Of a stretch of 64,000 nucleotides of DNA, positions 1 to 12,574 are shown in pieces; position 1 is the stretch's first letter, and every line of letters starts with the position of its first letter. The translations under genes and the position numbers were made by a program. The stretch comes from Octopus vulgaris. Lineage: Eukaryota. Location of the stretch: positions 146,692,001 to 146,756,000 of the forward strand of contig OX597816.1 of NCBI GenBank assembly GCA_951406725.2, in the 5' to 3' direction. The notes beneath the pieces are model-generated. The model ran no database searches. It was not told where the DNA came from and saw only the letters and a list, made by a program, of their open reading frames with translations.

Positions 1-167
1 GACAGGTAGACTCTGTAACAATGTATATCTTCTTGATACCTTAGTAGCTTCTATGCTGGTGAGAAGGGAGCATGTTCTTTGTCCATCTTCTTAACTTCTT
101 GGAGATTTTAAGTATAATTATACTAATGTGTCCATCTGTTTTAATTTAATCAAATTCTATGTCTTTG

Positions 168-253
168 TGCAGCTGAGGATTGCTCTGCATTTAAATTCAT
201 GCAATGATTGCATTGTTAAATTAAATGGAGTTGCACGAAACGATCGCACTGCA
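168..253 (+). ncRNA. Degenerate type I hammerhead ribozyme with long stem II, in a Penelope-like element tail
   Basis: tgcag-CTGAGGA(173-179)-imperfect ~57 nt hairpin-GAAA(237-240)-CGATCG palindrome-CA-ctgca. Stem I tgcag/ctgca pairs; the conserved U before the cleavage site reads C. Confidence 0.55.
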
Positions 254-373
254 TTACCTCTAGATATCCTTGTAACTTACTTATTTTGAATTTAATCACC
301 TTACTTTGAAATTGTATGTATAATAACGTACTAAATTCTGGTGCCTCAACTTAAGCATCATATTCATCTGAAT

Positions 374-386
374 CTCTCTCTCTCTT

Positions 387-454
<68 letters not shown>
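374..454. repeat. (CT)n microsatellite
   Basis: Direct reading. Confidence 0.95.
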
Positions 455-458
<4 letters not shown>

Positions 459-1127
459 CATATATATATATAAGGATTATGCAACCAACTTTTCAACTAT
501 AAAATACATTTGATCATCAAAAATGATAGTTCCTTGAACTTTCTGCACCCTCTTCTTATTCAAGCAACTGTACATATAGAACAGCCATTGCTAGCAGTGT
601 CATTTAAGTAATAGAAAATATTTACTAATTCAAGTAAAGCACGTCTGTAATTGAGAAAGTATATTTCCCGTGCGTACTTCATGTCTATTGCTCTTAGGCA
701 TCTGCCATATACAAAAGTCTACAATTTCCATGAATCTTCTTATCAACCATTGCATCACTTGTGAGTTGTGTGGCTTGCACTGAGTACTCTGTGTGAATCT
801 ATTTCCCTACGGCTTTCCTACACACATTTGCACACACACACATACACAGACACTCATTCACATTCAGTTACGCACAAACATATATATATCCATTTACATA
901 CAGACAGACGCACTTTCCTTTGAGACTGTCGGTGTTGCCGCTACTACACTGAACAATCAGCAGACATAAAAACTATATCCATGATATAAATTAAGCCTGT
1001 AGGCGCGCTCAACAGTACCGTATGAGAGATATCGACATCAAAGAAATGACATGGTAAGTGGTGAGATCGGCAAGGAAGCATTTGAAAACAACACAGTTAT
1101 GCGATATTTCAGTTTGGGATTAATAGT

Positions 1128-1456
1128 CGTGTCTCAATTCTGCACTCCGCGTAAACAACGTAAGACAATTGTGAGGACAATTCAGCTACTAGACGAAATC
1201 AATTCTGCATGCGGCGTCTGTGTAGTCAAGATCACATTAAGGACACGGTTTCTAAAAAACGCGGTTGGGTCACGTGACTTTGGGTTGCTGACGTGGTTAG
1301 GAAATAATAGCCATGGCTCAAACGTGTCCTCCGCGTAATCAGCGTGCGATCATTCTAAGGACAACTCAACTCCCAAATGAAAACAACAGTGCATGCTGCG
1401 TCTAGGTACGCCAGCTCGCGTTAAGGACACTGTCACTAACTAACGTGGTTGGGTTG
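1128..1456. repeat. Diverged tandem duplication, period ~182 bp, probably internal to an interspersed repeat
   Basis: ctccgcgtaa..aggacaa..gcatgc.gcgtct..ttaaggacac..aacg.ggttgggt occurs at ~1145-1270 and ~1329-1454. Confidence 0.6.
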
Positions 1457-1849
1457 TAGAAACCATAAATTAGTAGATTAATGTACATTCCATATTTCGG
1501 TTTATAGTCAACAGCTGGGGGGTATTTGTATGGGCTTAGAAAGAAGACTTTGATAATGAAGCTAAAAATATATAGTTAAATAAATGCTCAGGATTTAACA
1601 TATTTAAGCATAGTTTTCATAATAAACATAGTGCGTTTCAAACGGGTTTTGCTATAACAAAATGTTACCTATAGTATTACGGAAACAGACTATTATTGCT
1701 ACCACTTAGATAATGCAGTATGAAGTCTACATCAGTTCATCTATTTAATACAACCAACTTATATAATTTCAGTAGCTGTTTTTACAGGTTTGAACAGAAG
1801 CAATGCGTGGACCATGCGGGCAGTCGTATGTACTCCAAGAAAGAGGGTT

Positions 1850-1998
1850 TCCTGCCTTCAAGGATCCCAATACTCATTAGGTGAAATCATCTTTGGAACA
1901 TATGTAATATATGTCCCCAATTTGGAGAAAAATTATTGCGAACTTCAGAAGTTCTGCGGGTTTACAAACACACACGTACTCAGTTATATATATATATA
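1850..1998 (+). mobile_element. Non-autonomous Helitron/HINE-like element 3' end, copy 1
   Basis: ccaatttgga..gaacttcagaagttctgcgggtttacaaacacacac..ctcagttatatata; homologous to 2640-2820. The (CA)n then ctca.tttatatatatag end resembles HINE/Lep1-type elements. Confidence 0.4.
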
Positions 1999-2550
1999 AT
2001 TCGGAATACAAAAAATGGGACAAGAACGCAAAACATCCAGACAGATCATACAAAAGAGGGACAAGAAAAAAACATGGGCGGGTTATTCAAAGTTTTCTTT
2101 CCTCAGTCCAGTTCCAGGTTATCTTTCGGCTTGTTATACTCGAGATTGCTCTAATCTGGACAGCCCCAAGGAAAAACAAAGCTAAGATCATTAGATACCT
2201 TGGAACAAATGAGCAAATATATACGAAAACAAGGACGGAAGAAACGGAGAAATGGTCCACAACTACAAATGCAAATAATAGGACATAACAACAGGTGTCA
2301 TTCGACTAAGGACGAATTAAGTTAAGCTGGCATGTGTGAAAGTGATGCCTTACGGCATGGACATAAGAGATGACAGGCATGGAGAAGAATATAGATAATG
2401 CATGGATGGTAGTCAAACCAAGAAAGAAAGGTCAGGCTTGGCCGAACACCGGTCCCATGGGAAGAGAGAAGAGAGGTAGAGGCAGAGTGACAGAAGAATT
2501 AGGGAGGGAGGAGAAAAAAATGGAGAGATTGAAGTGAAAGAGGAGAGAGA
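1999..2550. mobile_element. Unclassified purine-skewed interspersed repeat inserted at (TA)n
   Basis: Starts abruptly after (TA)n; A/G-rich composition like the elements at 7141 and 38890; no coding homology recognised. Confidence 0.35.
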
Positions 2551-2555
2551 GATTA

Positions 2556-2820
2556 ATGTCCCTTGAATCAACATAGCAACCAAGTTATGCGTTCGTTCGT
2601 ATGGTTTACCCAGGAAAGGGGGTTTTCTGCCCAGGGACCCTATTATTCATTATGTGGAACATTTTAAGCCTAAAACCATCTCAAGAACATAGTGTATGTT
2701 CCCAGTTTGGATATAATCAATTGGGAACTCCAGAAGTTATGCGGGTTTACACACACAAACACAACAACACCCCCCCCCTACACACACACACACACATCCT
2801 CAATTTTATATATATAGATA
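2556..2820 (+). mobile_element. Non-autonomous Helitron/HINE-like element 3' end, copy 2
   Basis: cccagtttgga..gaactccagaagttatgcgggtttacacacac..ctcaattttatatatatagat. Confidence 0.4.
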
Positions 2821-3224
2821 GAATTTAGTGCATTTTTGATCACCGCATTTGCATAAGATGAAAAGTAGATTTGCTGCTATATGGCGACGAAGAAAGATCA
2901 TTTATCATATCTCAACCTATCGAATCTAAAGATTTGCATGTGATTACGGTAATATATACCTTCAGTTGCTGCATTTGAGAACATCTTATACGGGCACAGA
3001 TATGCGTTCTATTCCCTAAAGATTCACGTTATTTAGAATACATATACATTCATACATATATCGATATGTTTGTGTGTGTGTGTGTGTTTGTGTGTGTATG
3101 CGCATCAGGGCATCTGTGCATATATGGATATATGATTATGTGTATATATATATATGTGTGCGAGTGTATGTATATATCTATATATATACATATATGTGTG
3201 CGTGTGTCTGTGTGTGTATACGTA

Positions 3225-3631
3225 TACATTATCTATATTATTTACATTTGACGGATATATGTCCTCATCTTGTTTCTTCTGAACACAATTTTCAGCCGAT
3301 ATACTCTCCAGCTGGTGTTTTGGGGAAATTTCGAACATGGGTTCTCATTCCTAAGGTATTTTTCGATGTTATTATTATTATAATCCTAGGATTCCGAGTT
3401 TGATTCCGGGCAGCGACCTGAATAAACATTTAAAAAATAATAATAGTAATAACATCGAAAAATACTTTAGGAATGAGAACCCATGTTTGAAATTCCCCCA
3501 AGACACCTGATGAAAGCTGGAGGGTATATCAGTCGAAACGTTGTGTTAACAACAACAAGATGAGCACACATATTCGTCAAATGTAAATAATGTAAATAAT
3601 GTACATAATTCCTCATCTCTAATATATAGAA

Positions 3632-3633
<2 letters not shown>
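3225..3633 (+). mobile_element. Hammerhead-bearing short retroelement with ~155-165 bp inverted duplication
   Basis: 3225-3380 is the reverse complement of 3438-3603; B-box-like gagtttgattcc at 3396-3407; ends at (TA)n from ~3635. Confidence 0.8.
3502..3547 (+). ncRNA. Minimal type I hammerhead ribozyme
   Basis: gacac-CTGATGA(3507-3513)-aa-gctgg/tcagt stem II-c-GAAA(3535-3538)-CG-TT-gtgtt. Stem III is the palindrome AACGTT; predicted cut GUU after 3542. Confidence 0.8.
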
Positions 3634-3687
<54 letters not shown>

Positions 3688-3994
3688 ATACACACACATG
3701 GGAGACCCCCTTCGGTCACGAATGATCATGGGATTGCACCTACAAAGCTCCTCTCCGAGGCACAAACCATGACACACACAGACACACACACACTCACACA
3801 CACATATATATACACGTAGAGATATATTTTACTGTTTCCTTAAGATCCACAAAAGAAGTATTTCATCCAAAGTGAGATGTACACTGTATTAGAAGAGAAG
3901 AAATTTACCATTTCTTCACATAAAATCACATATTTCGACAAGTTTTATAAAGTGTCGTTATCCCCCAACTAACCTTCATGCTGTAGATAGAAAA

Positions 3995-4027
<33 letters not shown>

Positions 4028-4092
4028 AAGTGAGTGAGTGAGTGACTGACTGATTGAGTGAGAGAGTGATTCCTATGAATATCCATATACGC

Positions 4093-4147
<55 letters not shown>

Positions 4148-5865
4148 CATTATATTTACTTTTCTATAGTAGAATTTTTAGGCCGTCAAATGAAATCTAT
4201 TTCTGTATATATAGTAAATAGCGAGTGAAAATACGCCTAAGAACGTCTCTGTCAGTATATTTATATATTTACGTTCCCCTCTGTATCTGCATGTGTGTAT
4301 GAAAGCGCATTTTCCTATGAAAGTGTTTATATACGCAACTACTTGACGAAGGATACAAGAACACATTTGCGACTAGCAGTAAACACTCTCACCAAGTATT
4401 TTGATTGCCTTCCAAATGTCTGCCGAAGCGATTTTTTGTTCTTTTTACAATATTATTGGTTATTGCTTGTTATTTGAATATTTCACTTTCATTTACATTG
4501 AAGAAAATCAGCTGTTCGAAAAACTTCAAAGAAATTTGAGGAAAACTATGCAATGATCATGAAGGAACGGAAAAATAAATTTGACAAAATTTCACGCAAA
4601 ATTACATTGGTAGGACAAACCTAGATACAAACACGTGTACGCGCACACAAATTTCCGCATATACAGACACATTAAATGTTTTTTAATTTCTTCGAGTTAT
4701 TCGTATTCAACAACTATATATATATATAGAATATAGATATTATACATAAGAAGATGCAGCCACGTATAGGTTTGTAGCTATAGAGATCTAGAAGGAGAAA
4801 GAGTTACATAAAATAAAGATAAAGATGATATACTCTCTCACACAAACACACAAATTTACACACACCATTATAGTCTTGCATTGATTGTATAAACATGAAT
4901 CAGGCGCATGTATTGATATATGCTTCTGTATGTGTGCGTGCGTGTGTATTTTATATAATTTATCGTAATATACTGGTATAAATACTATGTTAAAGTAAAG
5001 TTGTGAATAATAATATTTAGTTAGTCTGAGTTAAAACATGGCTGACGTCGACTTTGTATTTTATGCTTTCGTAAACGATAACATCAGGAATCTGTTAGGT
5101 GGCGCTGTGTATTTTAAATGGTTGTTGCTGTCCTCCAAATATGCCGTTTTTCCTCGTTGTTGTGTTAATATAAGTTTTATAAATAGTAGCAATATTAGTA
5201 CTAATATTTGTTGTTTATGCTCTTATTGTTGTTCCTTTTGATTTTGTTGAAATAATTGATTTTGATATTACAGTTCTGTTAGTTGAGTTGTGGGTGTTAT
5301 AAGGATTTTCAGATCAAAGATATACTCAACAAATATACACGTTTGACTTTTTCATTATTATTGCATATCTTTTTACATATTTACTTCAGACACTGTTACT
5401 CATTTTCGAAATGATGGAGAGAGTCTAACTGTGATACACGCAGTGAGAAAAAAAAAAAAGAAAATCCCAAAATAGTGGAAAATAAGGATGAAATCAAACG
5501 AAACGCAAAAACAATATGAACAAAGAATTCTATGGTGCGAAAAAAATAACATGCAACAAAAAGATCTATGCCGTAGAAAATTCAACACGAACGCCATGAT
5601 TTTCTTTTTTAATTTGTTTTTGATTTAATAACATTCGTATTTGTATGGTGTTATGTAGGCATGCATACACACAGCCACTCACATATGCATACATCTATAT
5701 ATATGTATGTGTGTGTGTGTGTGTATAACACAATGACTCATAATACAAACATATTTTTAGAAATATTTCAATATGTGTGATTCTGTGTAAGGCGGTGCCA
5801 TCATGCGACTGTTTATGTGTATGTTAGTGGTGGGTGTTCCTCTTTATGAATGCATGTTTTATTTG

Positions 5866-5916
<51 letters not shown>

Positions 5917-7092
5917 TTCAAAAATAGAAATAGTTTTTAAGAGCTTTTCTCTGGATGTGTGTATATGTAACTGTGTTTTTTGTGTGAGGATGCGCATGTT
6001 TCTAACATGTGAAATTTAATATAACTATTTCATTAAATGTGAATATGCGCTAGCGTATGTGAGTCCGTGAGATAATACAAAAATAGATTGTGAGAGTTTG
6101 AATGTGTAAGTGCGTTTGAGTTTGCATGTGCGTGTGTGATAGTGTCTGTGTAGAGGCGTCAGTGTGAGTGTGTGCATTTCGGCGTAAATTAGTGTTTAAA
6201 GAATTCTTTATAAGAACAGGAAATGTAAATTTACGCTGTTTTGCACACTGGAAAATCTAATACAGCTAACTGTATTCTCTGTTATTGTATTGAGCACATC
6301 GAAATAAAATTCTTCTCGAATTTCCTAATATATTTTTGTAGCGCGAGTTTTCACTGAGAAGCAATTTCATCATTTATAGCATGTAAGCCAGCACATTGTA
6401 ATACTCACTGATATTAGCTCAAAAGAGTCGCTACTCAGAATTTCAGTTTCTTATCAAAATATTTTGGTAGATACTCTACGTTACGGAACTTAGAGACAAT
6501 AAAGAAAAAAGAAAAAAAACTGACAGTCTTATTCTCCTAAAAAGTAAACATCTATCAAGAGATAAATTATGCAGATGATATAGGGAATTCTATATAGAAA
6601 TAAGGAAGGACGATGTCAAAATTCACCGAAGTTCATCGTAATCATTCTTTCGCATAACACGGCTTCCCACGCAATATGTCCAAAAATACATGGAAGCGTT
6701 AAGTAATAAGCATTCCCTACATTATACAAAAGCACACCCTCATGCATAAATGTGTGCGCACACCCACACGCATGCACTCACACATATATGCGATTTTGCA
6801 TATCGTCTTTGTATTTATCAATTCTTTTGACACCCACCTCTCATGGTTCTCCGATTTAGTCAATTTTCGTTTTTCCTTTTCCTGTTATATTCTCTTATTA
6901 ACGACGTCCTTCCCTCCCTTTCTGTTATATAGAAGATAATTTTTGAACACTGCTTAGAAGTAAGGCACCTGCGACATAGTACTATGTTTCTGTATTTCAC
7001 TCAACTTTTGAAAATCAAAGATACCTGTGCGACATCTTCATTTTCCTCAGTGCATTTTTCGACATACTTTTTGTATATTTAAAATTGTGTTG

Positions 7093-7140
<48 letters not shown>

Positions 7141-7144
<4 letters not shown>

Positions 7145-7680
7145 AGAATTTACAGAAAATCAAAAGACGAAGACAGGTGATGTACAAAACAAACAGACGT
7201 ATTAGTATAACGCTCAAGAATAGAAAAAAGTATTTTTACGTTTCGAGCCTTCGCTCGTCTACAGAAAGGAACACAGAAAAAAAACAAAGAGAGAAACAAG
7301 GAAAGAACAAATCTGTGTAGTGGCTAAAGATCTATCCTGCCGACTGACTGCCGGACGGACGGGTCACACAATAGGGCGAAGAAGTAGGGGAGATAACAAA
7401 GTAAAGATGACCCACAACACGAAGGTGCGTGTGTGTATAAGAGAGTATGTATGTGCGTGGGAAAGAAGGCTGGTGGTCTGGAGGTGTGCTTGTATGTATG
7501 TGTAGGTGTAAAAATGTGGGGATGGGAATTGGTCATCCTATCCCCTACACACCATCTCCCACATACCCTACCTCTACCTCCACCCGTGCTTTCCCCACTC
7601 TTACCTCTCCCACCTCCCAACAACATCACACAACACCACACTATAGCATACAATATTACACATCACATCACAGCACACCA
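7141..7680 (-). mobile_element. Non-autonomous Penelope-like element between (TA)n tracts
   Basis: 3' terminus (minus) cttcgtcttttgattttctgtaaattctccct is shared with 17955-17987, 26460-26495 and 36403-36434; carries a hammerhead-like motif. Confidence 0.6.
7233..7269 (-). ncRNA. Variant minimal hammerhead (CUGUAGA core)
   Basis: Minus strand: ttt-CTGTAGA-c-gagc-gaag-gctc-GAAA-CG-TA-aaa; core A6 reads U. Confidence 0.6.
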
Positions 7681-7681
7681 C

Positions 7682-8212
<531 letters not shown>

Positions 8213-8214
<2 letters not shown>

Positions 8215-8638
8215 CATGGGAGTGGCTGTGTGGTAAGTAGCTTGCTTACGATCCACATGATTCACGGTTCAGTTCCAATGCACAGCACCTTGGGCGAGTG
8301 GTTTTAAACTATAGCCTCGGGCCGACCAACGCCTTGTGAGTAGATTTCGTAGACGGAAACTGAAAGAAGCGCGTCGTATATATGTATATATATATATAGA
8401 TAGATATATATGTGTGTGTATGTGTGTGTATGTGCTTTTAGGTCTTTTTTTGTCCACCCAACATCACTTGCCGATCGATGCTGGTGTGTTACGTCCGCGT
8501 AACTTAGCGGTTCGGCAAATGCAACCGATAGAATATGTACTAGGCTTACAAAGGAGAAGCACTGGGGTCGATTTGCTAGACTAAAGGTGGGGTTCCAGCA
8601 TGGCCTTAGTCAAATTACTGAAACAAGTAAAAGAGAGA
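8213..8638 (+). mobile_element. tRNA-derived bipartite SINE, family A
   Basis: A-box-like tggctgtgtggtaag, B-box-like ggttcagttcc, body ctatagcctcgggccgacc..gacggaaactgaaagaag, internal microsatellite, tail ..tgaaacaagtaaaagag; many copies in window. Confidence 0.85.
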
Positions 8639-8693
8639 GTATGTAATAGACGCAACACTGAACGAGTGAAGGGGTAGCAGTGACAGGTAGTAT

Positions 8694-8920
8694 AGCTGGC
8701 AGAAAAGTTAGCACGCCGGGCGAAATGCGTAGCCGTATTCGTCTGCCGTTACGCTCTGAGTTCAAACTAAGCCGAGGTTGACTTTGCCTTTCATCCGTTC
8801 GGGGTCGATTAAATAAGTACCAGTTACACACTGGGGTCGATATAATCGACTTAATCCGTTTCTGTGTCCTTGTTTGTCCTCTCTGTGCTTAGCCCCTTGT
8901 GGGTAGTAAAGAAATAGGTA
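8694..8920 (+). mobile_element. SINE family B
   Basis: gctggcagaa..gttagcacgccgggcgaaatgc..ctgagttcaaa..gccgaggttgactttgcctttcatcc; homologous to 30460, 54330 and 55165. Confidence 0.85.
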
Positions 8921-8995
8921 CTATAGCTAGTAGTTCAGTATATATATTTATACATTCATTCGCATTCACACGCACACTAACACTCACATACACAT

Positions 8996-8997
<2 letters not shown>

Positions 8998-9087
<90 letters not shown>

Positions 9088-9089
9088 GA

Positions 9090-9120
<31 letters not shown>

Positions 9121-9149
9121 CATATATTTATATATACATATATATAAAT

Positions 9150-9202
<53 letters not shown>

Positions 9203-9215
9203 TACGTACATACAT

Positions 9216-9246
<31 letters not shown>
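8998..9246. repeat. (TA)n-rich compound microsatellite
   Basis: Direct reading. Confidence 0.95.
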
Positions 9247-9249
<3 letters not shown>

Positions 9250-9251
9250 GA

Positions 9252-12133
9252 ATAGCACTCAGAGAAACGCATCTGAAACCGGACATAGCAGATGCGGAAT
9301 TACACATACCACAGTACGTTGTACTACGGACCGACAGGAAAGAAAGGAGTCATGGAGGAGTTGCTATGTACATCCGTGGGGACCTCACACCCCAGGTCCT
9401 TTTGTCATACGCAAACTCGGTGTGTGACACTCTAATTGTACACATAAGGCAACTTGATGTAGTTGTGTGTGCTACATATCGCCCTCCAGATGCCCCAAGT
9501 CATATGGGCAAGTTTGAGGACTGCCTTTTAAAAATAGAAGAAGTTCTAACCACATTAGAACAACACATAAGTGTACTTCTCATGGGAAACTTCAATCTAC
9601 CGAATGTCAGATGGCCCGAGGGCCTTTCTCTCCCAGGAATGACAAGATGAGAACGAGGACAGGCGAGGTCCCTCCTGAACCTCACCAACACCCTGTACAT
9701 GGAGCAAGTAATACTCCAACCAACCAGAGCAGGTAACACACTGGATCTCTGCTTCACAAATAATATGGATCTCATCCATAATGTGAAAGTGACACCGACA
9801 CTACTCTCGGATCACAACATGGTAGAGCTGACCATGTACGGGCCAAAAGAGAGCACGGACATGCAGCCTACAAGAAACCCTCAGAATCTTTCCAGCTTGA
9901 ACTTCAATAAGGCAAACTGGAAACAAATTGAGAAAGAGATCCTCAAACAAAACTGGCCTGAATGTCTCTCCTCGCCGGACATCGACATGATACTTCAACA
10001 ATTCATAAGTCTGTAATGCAAGCCATATGCTACAAATGTGTCCCAGAGAGAAAGGCCACTGTACACAAGAACAAAATCCCCAGAGAGAGGAAAATTTTAA
10101 TGAGACGGCGTACAAAAATTTCAAATCGCCTAAACAAACAAATTGAAAGCAGTGAAAAGTCCCGCCTGGAAATAAAACTGTTGGAAATTGAAAATTGTCT
10201 GCAACTCTCCCATGAAAAGGAAAGAGCAGACAAAGAAGCCTGGGCTATAGACAACATAAAAACTAACCCCAGAGCTTTCTACAGGTATGCCAAAGAAACA
10301 GCTACGGTGCACTGTAGGATAGGGCCACTCCTTGAAAAGGATGGCACACTCACAGGGAAACCAATGAGGGTAAGTGAAATACTGAATGAACAATTCAAGA
10401 GTGTTTTCACTCCACCCCTTGGGCATTTCCAAATCAGCAATCCAACTGACTTCTTTACCACTGCAGATATAGAATCAGAGGCGGCGACGATAAATTACAT
10501 CGATATAAAGGAAGACGATGTAATAAAGTCTATAGATGAAATGAAAACAGACTCAGCTATTGGCCCCGATGGATTCCCGGCAATCCTCCTAAAAGTAGGT
10601 AAGAGAGTCTTAGCAAGACCACTGCAGTTCCTCTTTCAGAGCTTCCTTGCAGCTGGCAAACTTCCAAGAAAACTGAAGGAAGGTAAAATATGCCCTATTC
10701 ATAAAGGAGGTAGCAGAGCGGAGGCCAAGAACTACAGACCTATCTCTCTGACCTCACACATCAGCAAGGTCATGGAACGAATAGTCAGAAGGAAACTAAT
10801 CACCTTCCTTGAAGAAAATGACTTGCTGCCTGACACCCAACATGGTTTCCGACCAGGAAGAAGCTGCTTAACTCAGCTCCTGCAGCACTATGACTGGGTG
10901 CTGAAACAACTGCTCAACCACTCAAATGTGGAAGTCATATATCTCGACTTCGCAAAGGCCTTCGATAAAGTCGATCATGGAATGATATGTCACAAACTGC
11001 GTGATCTTGGCATAGTTGGAAAACTAGGAGAATGGCTTCACGACTTTCTGAAGAATAGAAGTCAGGTGGTGGTAGCCAATGGGGCCACTTCCATTAGCAC
11101 GCAAATAGTGAGCGGTGTTCCACAGGGCACTGTTTTGGGACCACTACTGTTCATAATGGCCCTCTCAGACATGCCCTCAGCCACGCGGAGAGCCACGATC
11201 ACAAGTTATGCAGATGATACAAAAGTTTCACAGGCAATACAGAACCCTGAAGACACTATGCACCTGCAATATGAGCTGGACGAAATATACAAGTGGGCTG
11301 AAAAGAATAGCATGCAGTTCAATGCTGAAAAGTTTAAAGCTTTATACTATCAGCATGCAAAACTGAATGCAATACCCAAGGAATACACTGGACCCGGAGG
11401 GATTGCAATCCCAGAGGCACAATCAGTGCGTGACCTGGGTATTCACATGAGTGATGACGCGACCTTTCATGTACATGTTGCTAAACTGACAATGAAATGC
11501 AGACGGCTGGCTGGATGGATTCTTAGAACCTTTAGAACAAGAGAACAAGAAACCATGATGGTCCTCTGGAAGACACTTGTCCTAAGCCACTTTGACTATT
11601 GCTCTCAGCTATGGTCACCATCCAGTGTCAAGTTGATCACAGAACTTGAGGCGATCCAACGAAGCTACACGAAGAAGATAGCCTCTATGCAGAATGTAAG
11701 CTACTGGGAAAGACTCAAGAGATTAAAATTATGTTCCCTGGACCGTAGGCGGGAAAGATATGCCATAATATACATCTGGAAGATCCTGGAGGGAAGTGTC
11801 CTGAACTTTGGCATCGAGAGTTACGCAAATGCCAGAACTGGGCGCCACTGCGTGGTGCCTAGGACTCCAAACTTGCCATCAAGATGTAGGACAAGATTCT
11901 GTGATAGCCTGGGCTTCCGAGGCCCACAGCTTTTCAATATCCTCCCGAAGAACCTGAGAGACCTGCATGGGGTGGATACAGATGTCTTTAAAATGGAGCT
12001 GGATCTCTTCCTGTCAGGTGTCCCAGATGAACCAACTTCACGGCAGGAGGGGCAGATGAGGGCAGCTGCATCGAACTCTCTCATGCACCAAATAGCAGTT
12101 GCTAGAAAGCCTCCAAGAAGTGAAACCAAGTAG
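9252..12133 (+). pseudogene. LINE ORF2 with in-frame TGA at 9648-9650 and a frameshift near 10010; RT portion open for ~700 aa
   Basis: ORFs 9366-9650 and 9699-10016 share a frame; 9962-12133 is in another frame. Confidence 0.9.
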
Positions 12134-12198
12134 CAACACCAAATGGCGGTGCCCCAGCATGGCCACAGCTCATGAGCTGAAACTAGAATCAATCAATC
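9252..12198 (+). mobile_element. 5'-truncated CR1/L2-group LINE (APE endonuclease + reverse transcriptase)
   Basis: EN motifs [44 protein letters not shown]; RT motifs NYRPISLTS, QHGFR, YLDFAKAFDKVDH, SGVPQGTVLGP, YADD; (aatc)n tail ~12187-12198; (TA)n flanks. Confidence 0.95.
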
Positions 12199-12527
12199 AT
12201 ATATATATACATACATACATTCATACATACATACATATATATATATATATGTGTGTGTGTGTCTGTGTGTGTGTGTGTGTGTGTGTGCGTGTGTATGTAT
12301 ATATATATATATATATGCTCTCAGAAATGCTTAAATGTGATATTTTGAAATTTCTTGTGGCACACTACTGAGTGTAGAATCAAATTTATCGCCAATTCCC
12401 ATGTTACGTCTATTGTTTCTTCCATCAAAGCATTACATAGAAAGAGACGTATGCGTTTGCGCACGGGTGGCAATTTGTATGTGGTGAGAGAATTGAAAAG
12501 TGTTGGTCGTATATAGATACACACACA

Positions 12528-12574
<47 letters not shown>

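Noticed and set aside
2095-2175. Minus-strand GAAA...CTGAGGA as a permuted hammerhead
   Set aside because: Could not form stems I-III or a valid NUH site
5093-5108. CTCF-like motif gttaggtggcgctg
   Set aside because: Partial match next to a decayed SINE remnant; single short motif expected by chance
9500-12192. Minus-strand ORFs overlapping the LINE
   Set aside because: Antisense shadows of ORF2
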